This document shows positions 24,166 through 36,751 of a stretch of 64,000 bases of DNA, piece by piece. This DNA is from Paraspadella gotoi (lineage: Eukaryota > Animalia > Chaetognatha): assembly GCA_051294375.1 (NCBI GenBank), contig CM119269.1, positions 22,679,808-22,743,807 on the forward strand, in the 5' to 3' direction. The notes beneath the pieces were generated by a model that saw nothing but the letters and a program-made list of their open reading frames with translations, was not told where the DNA came from and did not search any database. Each line of letters opens with the position of its first letter. The first letter of the stretch is position 1. The position numbers were made by a program, and so were the translations under genes.

Positions 24166-25518
24166 TCGCCATTGGGGTTCTGGGTCTATCGACTGATGGC
24201 CTTATGGGCCATCAGGTGATCAGTTATGGCCCTTTGCTTCATAAACTAATCTACCCTGGGCCCAGTGGGCCCTGTCTCATTAATCGATTCCTTATTTCAA
24301 GTTTTAAATGATCCGCCTGTCGATCATGTGAAAGGCCACGGTGCTATATCATGGAATTGTCGAATTATCTAAGCAGAAGAAGCCATATCTTATGAATTAA
24401 ATACTAAACTAAAAACACTAAAATCTAATAATTTCGATGTTTGCAAACCAAAAGCCATTTTACTAATGAACAACTAACAAGAAGATTAAAATTTCAAGTA
24501 TACTAAAGTTTTATTGACTTTTTTTCTGTTTGGTATAGATTTCTGTCAGAGGATTTTTACTAATAGAAAATGTATTGCTCACTTCTTTTCATTTATTTCA
24601 ACTTCTTTAACAATCTTTAACATTTGTGAATTCGTGAATAACTTTTGAAATAAAAAATTCAAGCATAGTTTTAATTGAAGGTGATGGACCGAAGGAAGTT
24701 GGAAGTGAGCTTAAGGGGATGAAGTACTTAAACTAAGCCCAGTTTGGGTTAGAATTTGAATTCAGCTTGTATATTCAGGCCACTCACTCAAAATTGCGGA
24801 TATTACCAGAATAATTATTAGCAAAATTACCGGCAGGCACTAAGTTGCAATAGCGCTTATCATTATCCGTTAATTATTATATTAATAATAATTTCAAAGT
24901 GTTACAACACAGTGATTTTTTTAACCTGAATATTTTTATACCTATCGTCAGCGGAAAACGAGTCTCCGCCTCCTTTCGATCCAATTAGCCAATTTGGCAA
25001 AGCTATATATATGTAAAACAAACTTTCTACAACTTATTACCTATGCTTAAAGTTTTAACTATAACAATCAACAGTCTCGGCTAACATGATTGCGACATTA
25101 AGAAATTTTTTTAAAACTCTTAATATGTTTATCAAAATAAATTTATTGATACTTTAGATAAAGGCTTGGTGATGGACGGGACAGCCGCGTTTGAGTTGGT
25201 AAATGGACAGTGAACATTTAACACGTAATGGACATTATGAATTAAAGTTCAGGTTTTGCGACTGGCGACACGATTTTGCCAAGGCCTAAGAACAACTACT
25301 GAAACTAGAGCCAATCCTCTGGGCCCCCAAGCCTTTCCTCACAAATTCTTCCATCTGCTGTACAATATCCTGTATCAAGTCTGATGTACTACAATTTACG
25401 GATATGTTTAAAAAAATATTTTTTAATTTATTCTCTTCAAGCTGAAAAAAATAATGAGCGCTGCATTTGCTTTTTTTATTGCACTTTTTTCATTTTGAAT
25501 AAGTTCATGAGCAAAGAA

Positions 25519-28500
25519 CTATAATAATTTATACTGAATATACAATCCAGCAAGGCAGCCAAGCAAATTAATAGAAGCCGCAAAGTAGAAAACTATCGTA
25601 AAGCTCCCATATATGTCGACCAACCATCCAGCAAAAGGAAGAACTATAGTGCATACAATTCCTAAGTGATTGATAAAAGGATTTAAGTTAAATTATAATT
25701 GTCCAATTGAAGATACAATTATCTAATCCCAAATCTTTAACCCTAGTAACCAATAACCCAATCATAAATCCTAATGCCTTAATCCCATAATCTCTAATCT
25801 TTAATTAAATACTTAACCCTAACCCTATATCCCTAACCTAAATCCCTAACTAATAAGTCTTAAACTAATCCCAAACCTTAATCCTTAACCTAATTGGTAA
25901 GCTTAAATATAAACCTAATAGGGCACTTATAGAAAATATAGCCCTACTAAAAATTTAAGACCCACCTAGGCAGAATAAGGAGTAAGGCAATACTCTCGCG
26001 TAATTTTCTCGGCCAAAAAGTTCTTGCGCGATTAACAAGATTGCGGTCATGTCTCCACCGGAAATGAAACCAATTGTGCCAGCGACAATGGCAAAGGATA
26101 AGAAGGAAGCGCACAACAAAGGAGCCATCAAATTGATGACCGAAAACCTGAACAAGATGATACAATAGACGCGGTCGGAGAATAAAAGAGACGCTTTACT
26201 TGCCAAGTTACATTATACATGTAAAGATGAAAATCTTTAAAGTTCTTTGCGAAGCGAATGTAAAGTTGAGGATGATTCCGTAGCCTGCGCGACCGAAGAT
26301 GTCCATGACGCCAGAAAGAGAGATGAGAAAAGCCGCATTTTGTTTACTGATGCCTAAAATATAACAAAACAAAACATAAAATAAAACAGGTTGGTTGTTT
26401 TTTTTTTGGGTCATTCCCATCATAACAAGACAGCCCGATTTTCATGCGCTATATCATAAAATTATATAGGGAATTCGGTATATATATAAAAATATAAAGG
26501 ATTATCAGGTCGTTCAATAAATTAAGCAGCCAAGCCTTCTAAATCCAAAGAGTCTATTACAATGGCTATGACTTACCAGATATAACCAACTATAGCCGGT
26601 CCAAGGATAAACGTTTAAAAAAAAATTATGAAATTATTTGGCTCAATATAAAATCATCCATACATCCATTTATTTTTTAAATGACAAGAGAAATTTTACC
26701 AGTATCATGTAATCGTAGCCCTGAAGATAAATTCTTCAAGATAAACTTTTAATTAATTGATACCACCAATGACAATGTGATAATTTTCCATTCACTCAAT
26801 AAATAAGCTACTATGGCAACAGCCGGGTTGCCTGTGATGCCCATTGGGATGGGGCATCTCACTGTTGGCTTTGGGGGCTTCCGACCCTCAGTGACGCCTC
26901 CAGTCACTGGCGCGGTTACCCTAGGACGGTCTCGCTTTGCCAACGCAGAGGGAAGTCGTTAGGACTGTGGATGGAACACTACGCTTGGGATGGTGTGTTC
27001 CCCCTCTGAGCCAATGGGATTGGATGAAGGATGGTGGATGTGAGGCGGTGTGAATATACCGCCACACTATCCAGATTTTGGACAGGCTATTATAGGTCGA
27101 GGACCCCGTCTCTCTTACAAAATGATAACATAGCGGGATTATAATTAATTTAAAAGTTTAAAATTACTTTTTTAACCTTTTTCCAGAGCCAATGAAACGA
27201 TGTAACACATGACGCAGTAAACGGAAATGATGAGACTCGCGTAAACGATGACGAAAGGAAAGAATTTTCGATCTTTTAAAATTCCCAAATCGATCGATTT
27301 GAAAAAGATTAATATTCGATCGGCGAAACTTCTGTCGACTTTTCTATTTTTAGATTCGACATCTTTCGTCGAATTTAGTTTTTTAGAAAATTGTTGGCCG
27401 ATTGGGAGAAAATATTTGGTCAAAGCAAGTTCTTCTTTGATCTGAAGGGAAAGAAAATTTTGTTTATTTTTAAATATATTTATTTTTAAAGGATAAATAC
27501 TATTGATTATAAAAGAATAATTAAATGTACAGAATTTATTTTTTAGTAATATAAGGAAATGACTTGAAGATATTAATAATTTTTATTATTAAAAACATAT
27601 GCAAAAAAATATTTTATCATCAATCCACGAAATAATGATTAAACTTATAGAGCCGCTCCGGGATCACAACATTATAAATATATTTAAAAATATCATATTA
27701 TACAATAATATACTAAATTATATTAAATTTTATTTTATGTCATATCATTATATCATTTTAGATTATTATATTATATTCAAATATCAAAAAACCCAACGTG
27801 CCCTTCTCTCTTACGTCTATCTTATAATTATCCCCGATGGGTCGATACAAAATCGCGCAAATGCACATTTGCAGTTGAATCGATCCGACGTACAACATCG
27901 CAAAAGAGAATTTCACTTCGGTCATGAGAAATTGGATCAACGGAGGAAGAACTATAGTTCCGATTCCAACACCGCAGATGGCGAATCCATTAGCTAATGC
28001 CTGCGTTAATTTTAAAAAGAAAATATATATTAGAATTTATTATTTAGTGAAAAGGTTTGAAGTAGATTTCATAACGATTTATAAATATAAACATAATATA
28101 ATAAATATTAATAAAATCGTTGTGAGATCTACTTTCACTAAATATCCTAACATAACGAAAAAGGAAGGTTAAAAAAACACAATGTGGATCCCTCTATTTC
28201 CAGAAGATTCTCTCCCCATTAGATTATTAGATAAAAAATAAATAGTAATTAAATCTAATACTTATGTAGAATATATTAAACTTTTATAATAATTTTAAAT
28301 TTTTTTTCTAATTTAGGATACTATGGCAAAAGGGGCGCGGGGTATAACACCAACTGGCGTAAGGGCAGCGGACCCTCAATATCCGCTTCCTGACAGGAAT
28401 CCTGTCCCTTTCGTATTTAAACCGGTAGAACCGGGAAATCCGGGGATCGAACCCGGGACGCACAGTTGTAACGTGATGATTTAGTTTGCTCAGCCATTGA

Positions 28501-29656
28501 GACGAGCCTGAGGACAGCAATGAGGCAGCTTTAAGTCTTGCTGCCACACTACCGTAATATCGTAAAACAAGTAATCTTCAATTTTTTCGTAATAAAAATT
28601 GTATTGTTCTTTTGTTTCTAATTCCTCACCCAAATCCTAATTAATTATTATTAATTATTATTATTATAAAATTAATCCCAAACCTTTTATCTAATCTTTA
28701 AACCTTATAACTAAATTCAAAATTTAAGATGATATGGGGTGTTTTAAGAAAATAAGGCCGCTATTGGTTCAACCAACCTTGCGTTTGTCAAAGTAATGAC
28801 TGAGAATAACGAGACTTGGCGTATAGACTAATGCGTTTCCAAATCCTATATAATGTCAGACAAATCTTATCGGTAAAATTACTAATTTGGTTATTATTTT
28901 ATTATGATTATTTATTATAATTTACATTTAACACATTATCATACCAGTTACGGCTCCAAAAGTAAAAAACAATGTGACCCAAGATCTTGAAAAGAAAGAC
29001 ATCAGGCATCCGGCGGCAGAAACGAGTGCCCCTGCAAAGGTCACCCATCTGCAAGAAAATCTTTGCAGCAGAATTCCAGCTACGGGAGCCAATATCATTT
29101 GTAGGCTTCCGGTCGTAGCACCGATCCAAGCCGCCTGAAGATGAACCGTAAAGTGTTAGTAATATTAATTAGTTTGTAATATTTAATAGCTAATGTGCAT
29201 CGATGACAGATTTGTTTTGCTTCAATTAGACAAGAATATAGTTTTCTACTACCAAAGAGGAATACCGTGACTTATCGCCTTTGTGTAATAATCGTAAAAA
29301 GTCTTTCATGTCCAAAATCTATTATTTGAAAAAAGGCTTTTTTATGAGGTTTGTTTACAAATGGAAAAAAACTTTAAAAATTGTTTATATTTACAGACGA
29401 TTTTAGTTAAAATGTTATACTGAATCAAAAATTACAAAATTATAAATTTACCAATTTATAAAATTGGTTATACACATTTAAAATTTAATTTTGAAAAAAA
29501 AAAAAACACCGTCGCCGAAGGACAATTGAATTCCTCCATAATTGCGACCAGAATGATGCCGAACGATTGCAGGACACCAACGCAAATGAAATTGACAATC
29601 GCGCATCCAAAGACGCAAGCCCAGCCCCATCCGCCCTCTAGCGGCTGGTGAAGCAT
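25519..29656 (-). CDS. Monocarboxylate transporter family (SLC16/MFS), paralog B, 8 exons
   Basis: Exons 29510-29656, 28945-29134, 28778-28845, 27815-28000, 27177-27441, 26212-26353, 25966-26147, 25519-25661; GT-AG, phases consistent. Motifs PLEGGWGW, AAWIG, SHYFDKRKALANG, LYRP, MDIFGR, PFAGWLVDIYGSF. Confidence 0.92.
26811..27067 (-). mobile_element. 257-bp structured insertion, TA-flanked (type 1)
   Basis: Splits a copy of the aataagcta|tc repeat family; termini CTATGGCAA...GCCACAC; at least six hairpins. Confidence 0.75.
28321..28549 (-). mobile_element. 229-bp structured insertion with internal Pol III A/B boxes, TA-flanked (type 2)
   Basis: Same termini as 26811-27067; minus strand tggctgagcaaac (A-box-like) and gggttcgatccc (B box). 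Confidence 0.75.
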
Positions 29657-30075
29657 CTTTGCTGAGATAAAAGAGAAAATAAATTAAAAAAGACAAATGA
29701 ACAGTCGATAGTTTGTTTTTCTTGATTAAATACATTTCACAATCTGTTTAATAAATTATAAATAAATTAAGAAATGCATTCTATTAATTAAAACTCAAGA
29801 CCTCGATAGAAAGTATTTTGATACTTTTTTGGGCGATTGATTAAAAAATTAGGGCCTTATTTTCTCAGAACACCCCATTTCATCTTAATTTCAGAATCGA
29901 GTTAATTTTTTTACTTAAAAATTAGGAAGAAGGGTTAACCATTTGGTTAGGGGTTAGGATTACAGTAAAGTATTAGGGTTAGAGATTAGGCTATAAGTTT
30001 AAAAATATATTTAGTTTAGTATTAAGATTTACAAGGAAATTTGAATTATTACAACAATTTTATTCTTAATAAGTT

Positions 30076-30119
30076 GCAGACATGTTTCGACTCAGAGATT
30101 TTCGAGTCTTCATCAGCGC
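30076..30119 (-). ncRNA. Minimal type I hammerhead ribozyme
   Basis: gcg CUGAUGA a gacuc-gaaaaucucu-gaguc GAAA caug UC^ugc: complete core, 5-bp stem II, 3-bp stem I, palindromic ACAUGU stem III. Confidence 0.85.
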
Positions 30120-30162
30120 TTTGAATATAGTTGTGAATAATGGGACAATTTATGAGTTAAAA

Positions 30163-30206
30163 GCGCTGATGAAGACTCGAAAATCTCTGAGTCGAAATAT
30201 GTCTGC
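30163..30206 (+). ncRNA. Minimal type I hammerhead ribozyme (inverted copy)
   Basis: gcg CUGAUGA a gacuc...gaguc GAAA uaug UC^ugc; one change in the stem III palindrome (AUAUGU). Confidence 0.8.
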
Positions 30207-31523
30207 AACTTATTAATAATAAAATTGTTGTAACAATTCAAATTTCCTTGTAAATCTCTATACAACAACGAAATGAAAGGATATACCATGGATAAGTATT
30301 AAGATTAAAATTAAATTTCGAGATAAAGTAACAGAAATGGGGAGCTCAGGGAAAAGAGAGCCCAAACTTTTTGAAGTACCTTTTGTTAAATATTTGGCGC
30401 CACTGTTTTCAAACAATACCGATGGTTATTACAATGGTGCACCATCAAAGTTTGAAAAAGATTTCTGATAAAAAAATTTTTAACTTTAGCCAACATATGG
30501 CAAAATATTTAACAGAGAAAGTATATTCTGTTTTTGTTCTCAGGTTAAGAAAAAAATTTTGAACCGGTTTTTTTTTTTTTTTTTTTTTGCTTTTCTTTCT
30601 CGGTGTTGAAAACTGTTTCTTTTGAGATAGAGAGAGAGAGAGAGAGAAAGAGAAAGAGAGAAAGATTAAGATATTCCCAGCTTCTAAAATTCGGAAAACC
30701 TATATTCAAAAATGAGTAAAAATAAATGTACTTTTCGTATTTAAATAAGTATATATAATATATAAGGTATAATGTTTAATACCAAATTTGAAAAAATAAA
30801 CAAAAGGTCAACGATTTTTATCTTTTTATTATAAAATCTTTAAAAATTTTTGATTCAAAAATTAAGAGACTGAATTTAAACTTGAAGATCTAATGAAATC
30901 AAGAGAGATCGAGATCAGAATCAGATGAGATAATAATAATAATGACAACAAAAAAATCTTCTTTTTCTCGACTAATAAAATAAACCGAAATTACTATTTG
31001 AAGTTGCTTAGTTTTCAACTTAGATGACCTGAGACAACTATACTGTCCAAAATTATTGTACTGGCTGTTGACAAATTTAATGAATTATTTAGGATAATGC
31101 TTATTGATAGCGTTTATAATTATTCTAAATTGTTGAAGACGTATTTAAAAATGCCATGTGAACATTGCTGTTTTATTAGTCACGGTTTTGTTATTAAATG
31201 AACACTGTAAGTATTGTTTTAAGATAAAGAGAAAAATACATTTTTTAAACAGTTAGTTTTCGGTTGTAATAAAACAGTAATAAGTTATTGTCAAAAAGTG
31301 TTCAAAGTGTAAATTATAAATCAAATCAAACGTCTAATTTGAAAAAAATATTTGGAAAAAATATGAAAGTTAAAACTGTTCATTGTTCAATGAATTCTGA
31401 TAAAAGTAAATGAATACTATGAATTTTAAATGTCAAATAAAACTAATAATACATTAAAAAAAAAGAAGATAAAAATTAAAATATGAATAGTTATTAACAC
31501 AGTCTAAATGGCCAAAATTGTCA

Positions 31524-34500
31524 TTAAAATTTAACATGCACATATAATGCCGCCAGAGCGCCGAAGAAGTTGATCGCCGCCGCGAAACAAAAGACAATCG
31601 TAAAGCTGCCGTGAATGTTGACCATCCAACCGGCGAAAGGTGGCACGCCTATTTCTAGGAGACCTGGAATTGATATATTTATTTATTTAGTTATTTCTGA
31701 AATTGTTTCAACCAATGTAAAATTATTCATCCATTCAATAAATAAGCTATCTTGCCCGTAACTTTGGACAGGCTATGGTGGTTCAAGGCCTCCATCACTC
31801 TTACAAGATAATATATGTGTTTTATTCGTTTACAACAATTAGTTGAAACAGTACATTCAAAAGGGCATACAGCATTACAGATAAATTGTACAGTTTACAA
31901 TTCAACAAAATATAAATATTTAAATTAACAGAACGAGAAAAAAAGAAAAAAAAAGAAAAAGGAAAACAATTCAACAATAAGCTGACAAGATATTTAGAAA
32001 ATTGTTTCTAGAGGAAAAAAGCTTGGATTCAAAGTTTTTTGATCTACAAGCAAAAATTTTGTAGATATCATTATATCCAAATGAGGACCTTAATGATCGT
32101 ACACTCTCCCATCTATTCCAACCAAAAATTTTTCTAATGCCATCATTTATTGCTACATTTACTTTGGTCATATCTTTTGCAAGATACTCTTTCACTTCAC
32201 TTCCGTACGTAAGTATTGTGACACAGTTGGTGTAGTACAAACGCATTAAAACTTCTTCTGAGGGTTTATACAAGGAATTAAGGAGACAATTGCTAGAGCG
32301 GTAGAAAGAGGATAACTCAGATAATGGGTCAAAGACAAGAGCTTTTTCATTACTAAGATTAAAACCGAGATATTTCCATCGGTCTACGAATTCAATTCGA
32401 AATCAATTTAATGACAGAGCAGGACTCTGCAGTCTGCATTGCATTCTATAAGCTTTCAATCAATCCTCTATCACAGTCTCGTTTATTCACTCCCAGATAT
32501 AATATTCGAAAGTCAACCTCTTTATTTATATTTATAGTCTATATTATTTAGTCCCAACTTTTTACTTTATAAACAAAAGTGGTACTTACCCAGAAAGAAG
32601 AGAGAGTAAGGCAAGACACGGCTGTAATTTTCCCGACCAAAAATTTCTTGTGCTATCAGCAAAACGGCTGTCATGTCGCCGCCAGTCAAAAACCCAGTAG
32701 CGCCAGAGAGGAAGGCGAATGAAAAGTAAGTATCGCAAACCAGACCGGTTGTTAGATTGAAGGCAACAAACCTGAACGGAAAGTTTAAAAATTTACATAG
32801 TTAATAAATTGGACTGTGAGAGAGTCTTGGTTAAACGCTCTTTGGGTCCTGCTATGTCATTATATTTTAATCCACCATAGCTTGTCCTTAGTCGGGCGCA
32901 AGATAGCTTATTTATCAAATGATTGGATAATATTTATATTGGTTGTACCAATCGAGTCGTTAGATAGTTTCCAAAATATATCTAATACCTAATTCCATGT
33001 ATAAAATATTGTAATTTCCCAAGAGTTCCTTAAATATTCAACCAACTCACAGTATTCCAGTAATGATGTAAATCTTCAACGTTTGCTTCGAGATAATGTT
33101 AAAATTCAAAATGACGCCGTAACTAATTCGACCGAGTAAATCCATGATTCCGGAAATTGACACAAGGAAAGCCGCTTGCTGTTTGGGAATTCCTAAAGAT
33201 AATATACCATTTTGGCACTATTAACCGAAAGCGCACCTATTTCCGTTCTTAATCCTTGAATTTGATTAAAATATTTAAAAAAAAAGTTCATTTTATTTAC
33301 AAACATTGGGTTTTATTGTAAATAAAAACAAACTTGTTTTTTTATTTTAAATGCAACAAATTAATATTTATATATAAAATAAACTAATATTTATAATTTA
33401 CCTAATTTAATTTTTTACCAAATGGGGAATCTAATCCCTATCCCTAATCTTTAATCTTTAACCCTAATCCTTATCCTAATCCTTAATCCCAACCCTTAAT
33501 TAAATATTAAAAACTAAAAAAATGATTTAATTCATAATTTAAGCTAAAATGGGTCACTTTCGGAAACCATGGCCAACATTTTGTCGTTAATTTTAATGTT
33601 AGACCAGTGGCAACCGTTAACGTTTTTAACACTAACCTTTTTCAACGACCAGCGATACAAAGTAGTAAATAGTGCATTGAACCGCAATCAAGTAACTCGC
33701 GTAAATAAAGACAAAGGGGAAAAATTTTGGATCCTTTATGATACCAAAATTGACAGATTTTGATGTTTTAACAATCTGGGATAGTAAAGACGTTGATGGT
33801 GAATCGTTTGCGATACTGGATCGTTTAGTTTTGAGTTTGTGATTGTTTTTATCACTTGTGACAGAATCAGAGTCGCTTCCTGCAAGAATTGGGTTCGCCA
33901 AATTCAATTCTTCTTTCGTCTGCGTTGAGAAATAATTATTTCATTTAGCCGATTCGAACGTCAGAAATTTATTACGTATTAATATATAAACCTTCAAAAA
34001 ATGCTATACTTTTGCATAGTTGTCCCCTATGGGTCGATACAAAACGGCGCTGATGCACATTTGAAGTTCTATTGCACCCAAGAACAACATTGTGCGCGAG
34101 AATTTAACCTCCGACATCAAGAATTGCACCAGAGGCGGCAGAATCAAAGTTCCGATTCCAACTCCGCAAATGGCCAATCCGTTGGCCAAAGCCTGAGTTA
34201 ATCTAATTACAAATTGAGGATTAATTTTTATATTTTGAGAGTCAGGATAGCTATCGATGGATCGGAGCTGACCTTCCGCTCGTCGAAGTAATGGCTGATG
34301 ATGACGAGACTCGGAGTGTAAACCAAGGAATTTCCGAAGCCTGAGATGAAATGAAATATTTTTTTTTAGAATAAATTGAGAAATATTTTTAAAAAGTTGG
34401 CGATATTTTCCGAGAGCACCCGATTTAGATTCCAATTCCTTAAACTTAATTTTAACCTTAATTTTAGCTCTAATCTCTTTTCTAAAGTTTAATTCAATGC

Positions 34501-35402
34501 CTAATCCTAATTCTTCACTTCAATATCTAATCCCTAACCTTATTTTCTAACCTTTTCTAATCCATATATACCTAATTCCCAACTCTAACCAAATCCCTAA
34601 CCTAATCTCTAACCTACTCTCTATCCCAAAACTCTTACCTAATTATTAAACCTAAAAAGAAAAACTTAATTCTGATTTCTTAATTTTGATAAATAGGGCG
34701 CTTTATTTATTCTACTAATTTTGAGTTTTAAATACTGTATATTGTAACAGATGCGACACAAATTTAACCAAAATCATAAGAATTTGCTGACCCGTTATGG
34801 CTCCATAAGTAAAGAACATGGTGACCCATGACCTCGCAAAGTAGGACAACATGCAACCGAGGGCGGAGATGATTGCTCCTGCAAGAGTCACGGATCTGCA
34901 GGAGTATTTCCTCAAAAGGAATCCAGAGATTGGAGCTAATATCATCTGTAAACTGCCGCATGTTGAGCCGATCCAAGCCGCCTGGATAAGAATATTTTAA
35001 ATTAGTGAAATTAGTAAAGGTAGATAAAATAATATTAATATCAATATTAAAAATGACTTTTTATAAGCAGTCCGATAAACTGTTCACAAAAAAAATTCTC
35101 TGCAATATTTAGCTTTTAAATTTAAATCAATGAAGTAAAGGTAGTAAAAGTAATATTTCATAATTGATTTAATACCTAAAAAGATATCTAAACTTCTCTA
35201 GCATACCCAAAATGTATTTTTAAATCTCTTAATCCGTTTTTAAAATTAATTAAAATGCTATTAATTACTATTATTATTAATATTATTATTATAATTATTA
35301 TTATTATAATTATAATTATTATAATTATAATTATTATTATTATAATTATAATTATAATTATTATAATTATTATTATCATCGTAGATGGAATCGGAACCAA
35401 GA

Positions 35403-35485
<83 letters not shown>

Positions 35486-35666
35486 GTTATATCTTTTGTT
35501 TCAATTTTAAATTCACCGTCGAAGGCTGGCAATTAAATTCCTCCATGATGCCGACTATGGTGACACCAAATGACTTCAAAATTCCGACGCAAATAAAATT
35601 GACAAAAGCGCATCCAAAGACGCAGGCCCAACCCCATCCGGCCTCTAGCGGTCGGTGAAGCAGCAT
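31524..35666 (-). CDS. Monocarboxylate transporter family (SLC16/MFS), paralog A, 8 exons
   Basis: Exons 35517-35666, 34792-34981, 34273-34340, 34010-34192, 33637-33919, 33051-33192, 32590-32771, 31524-31663; same intron positions and phases as paralog B. Motifs PLEAGWGW, SHYFDERKALANG, MDLLGR, PPFAGWMV. Confidence 0.92.
31815..32435 (-). mobile_element. 5'-truncated non-LTR retrotransposon (RT C-terminus + 3' UTR)
   Basis: Minus strand reads WKYLGFNL (~32360-32380) and RLYYTNCVTILTYGSEV...RKIFG, typical of the LINE RT thumb region; nested in a short interspersed repeat in SLC16-A intron 7. Confidence 0.75.
33214..33574. mobile_element. CCCTAA-containing MITE copy filling most of SLC16-A intron 5
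   Basis: Imperfect TIRs ggcactattaaccgaaagcgcacctattt / aaatgggtcactttcggaaaccatggcc. Confidence 0.65.
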
Positions 35667-35687
35667 GGCTTTGTGGATGGGGGGGTG

Positions 35688-35997
35688 GGAGAATGTCCGG
35701 TAGAAATGAAGAAAAAGTAGATTATGAATCGAGTGCAAAGTATAATGAATGAATAAAAGAATGAATGAATCTGAGAATGTCGAGTAGAAATGAAGAAAAA
35801 GTAGATTATGAATTAAGTGCAAAGTATAATGAATAAATAAATGAATGAATGAATCTGAGAATGTCGTGTAGAAATGAAGAAAAAGTAGATTATGAATTGA
35901 GTGCAAATTATAATGAATGAATAAAAGAATGAATGAATCTGAGAATGTAGGGTAGAAATTAAGAAAAAGTAGATTATGAATCGAGTGCAAAGTATAA
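35688..35997. repeat. ~84-bp tandem repeat, about 3.7 copies
   Basis: Repeats directly upstream of the SLC16-A start; produces the 28-aa periodic N-terminal part of ORF 35487..35990. Confidence 0.85.
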
Positions 35998-36751
35998 ATT
36001 TAAAAATGAATTGAAAAAAAAAAGGAAAAAAGTGAAATTAAATAATCATTTCCTCTTTATTTTTATTTTTTTGACCTTTGATCTTTAATTGTGCTTTTGT
36101 TTTTGTTTCCCTCTTTTTCCCAAAGCCCTTCATTTTAATTTAAATTCAGAATTAAGTTTTTTCTCAGTTTAGGTATTAGTGTCAGGGATTTGGTAAGAGT
36201 TTTGGTTAGAGATCACAGATTAAGGTTAGACAATTAGGGATTAGAATTAGGAATCTCATTGGGGCGCTTTCGGAAAACGATGCTGATAATTCACGATATT
36301 TTGTGAGCAAAATATGTAAAAAAAAATAACAAAGTTTAAAAAAAGTCAGCAAAAGAATCGGACGAAAGAGAAAGAAAAAACTTTTTTGAAGGAAAAAATA
36401 AAATAACTAAATATGGAAATTTTTGTAAGAAAAGCAAGAATTCAAAAGGGATTTTTAATTTTAAAGTATGAACGCGGAAATGGATAGATGGATACTATTT
36501 GGAAAGAAGGATAGATCTATTTAGATGGATGAATAGATACATCCATACATTCCATCCATCCATCCATCTATCCAATTCCTTCGTTGGTATTTAAGTTAAT
36601 AAAACGAAATAATTTGTATTCATTCTTGGTCACGGAGTCCGGTTAATGAACGTCTTCTTTCAAATATCTTGTTTTTAGTTGCACCGCGAGTATTCGCGGG
36701 GCAACTCTATAACTATAGCCATAGCCGATGAAATTTAAATGCTAATGTATA

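Larger units (their letters stand above)
30025..30306. mobile_element. Penelope-like (PLE) remnant: inverted ~98-bp pLTR pair with target-site duplication
   Basis: Arms 30025-30122 and 30160-30257, each with a hammerhead; agtattaagatt duplicated at 30018-30029 and 30295-30306. Confidence 0.8.
29852..30363. mobile_element. GG(G)CC-terminated MITE with degenerate TTAGGG interior, interrupted by a Penelope-like insertion
   Basis: Termini gggccttattttctcagaacaccccattt / aaatggggagctcagggaaaagagagccc; colinear with the uninterrupted copy at 43436-43717. Confidence 0.7.

Noticed and set aside
26811-28549. H/ACA snoRNA interpretation of the two structured elements (hairpin followed by ACA-NNN)
   Set aside because: That reading is antisense to the host gene and the empty-site evidence indicates insertion; not fully excluded without Rfam/snoRNA searches.
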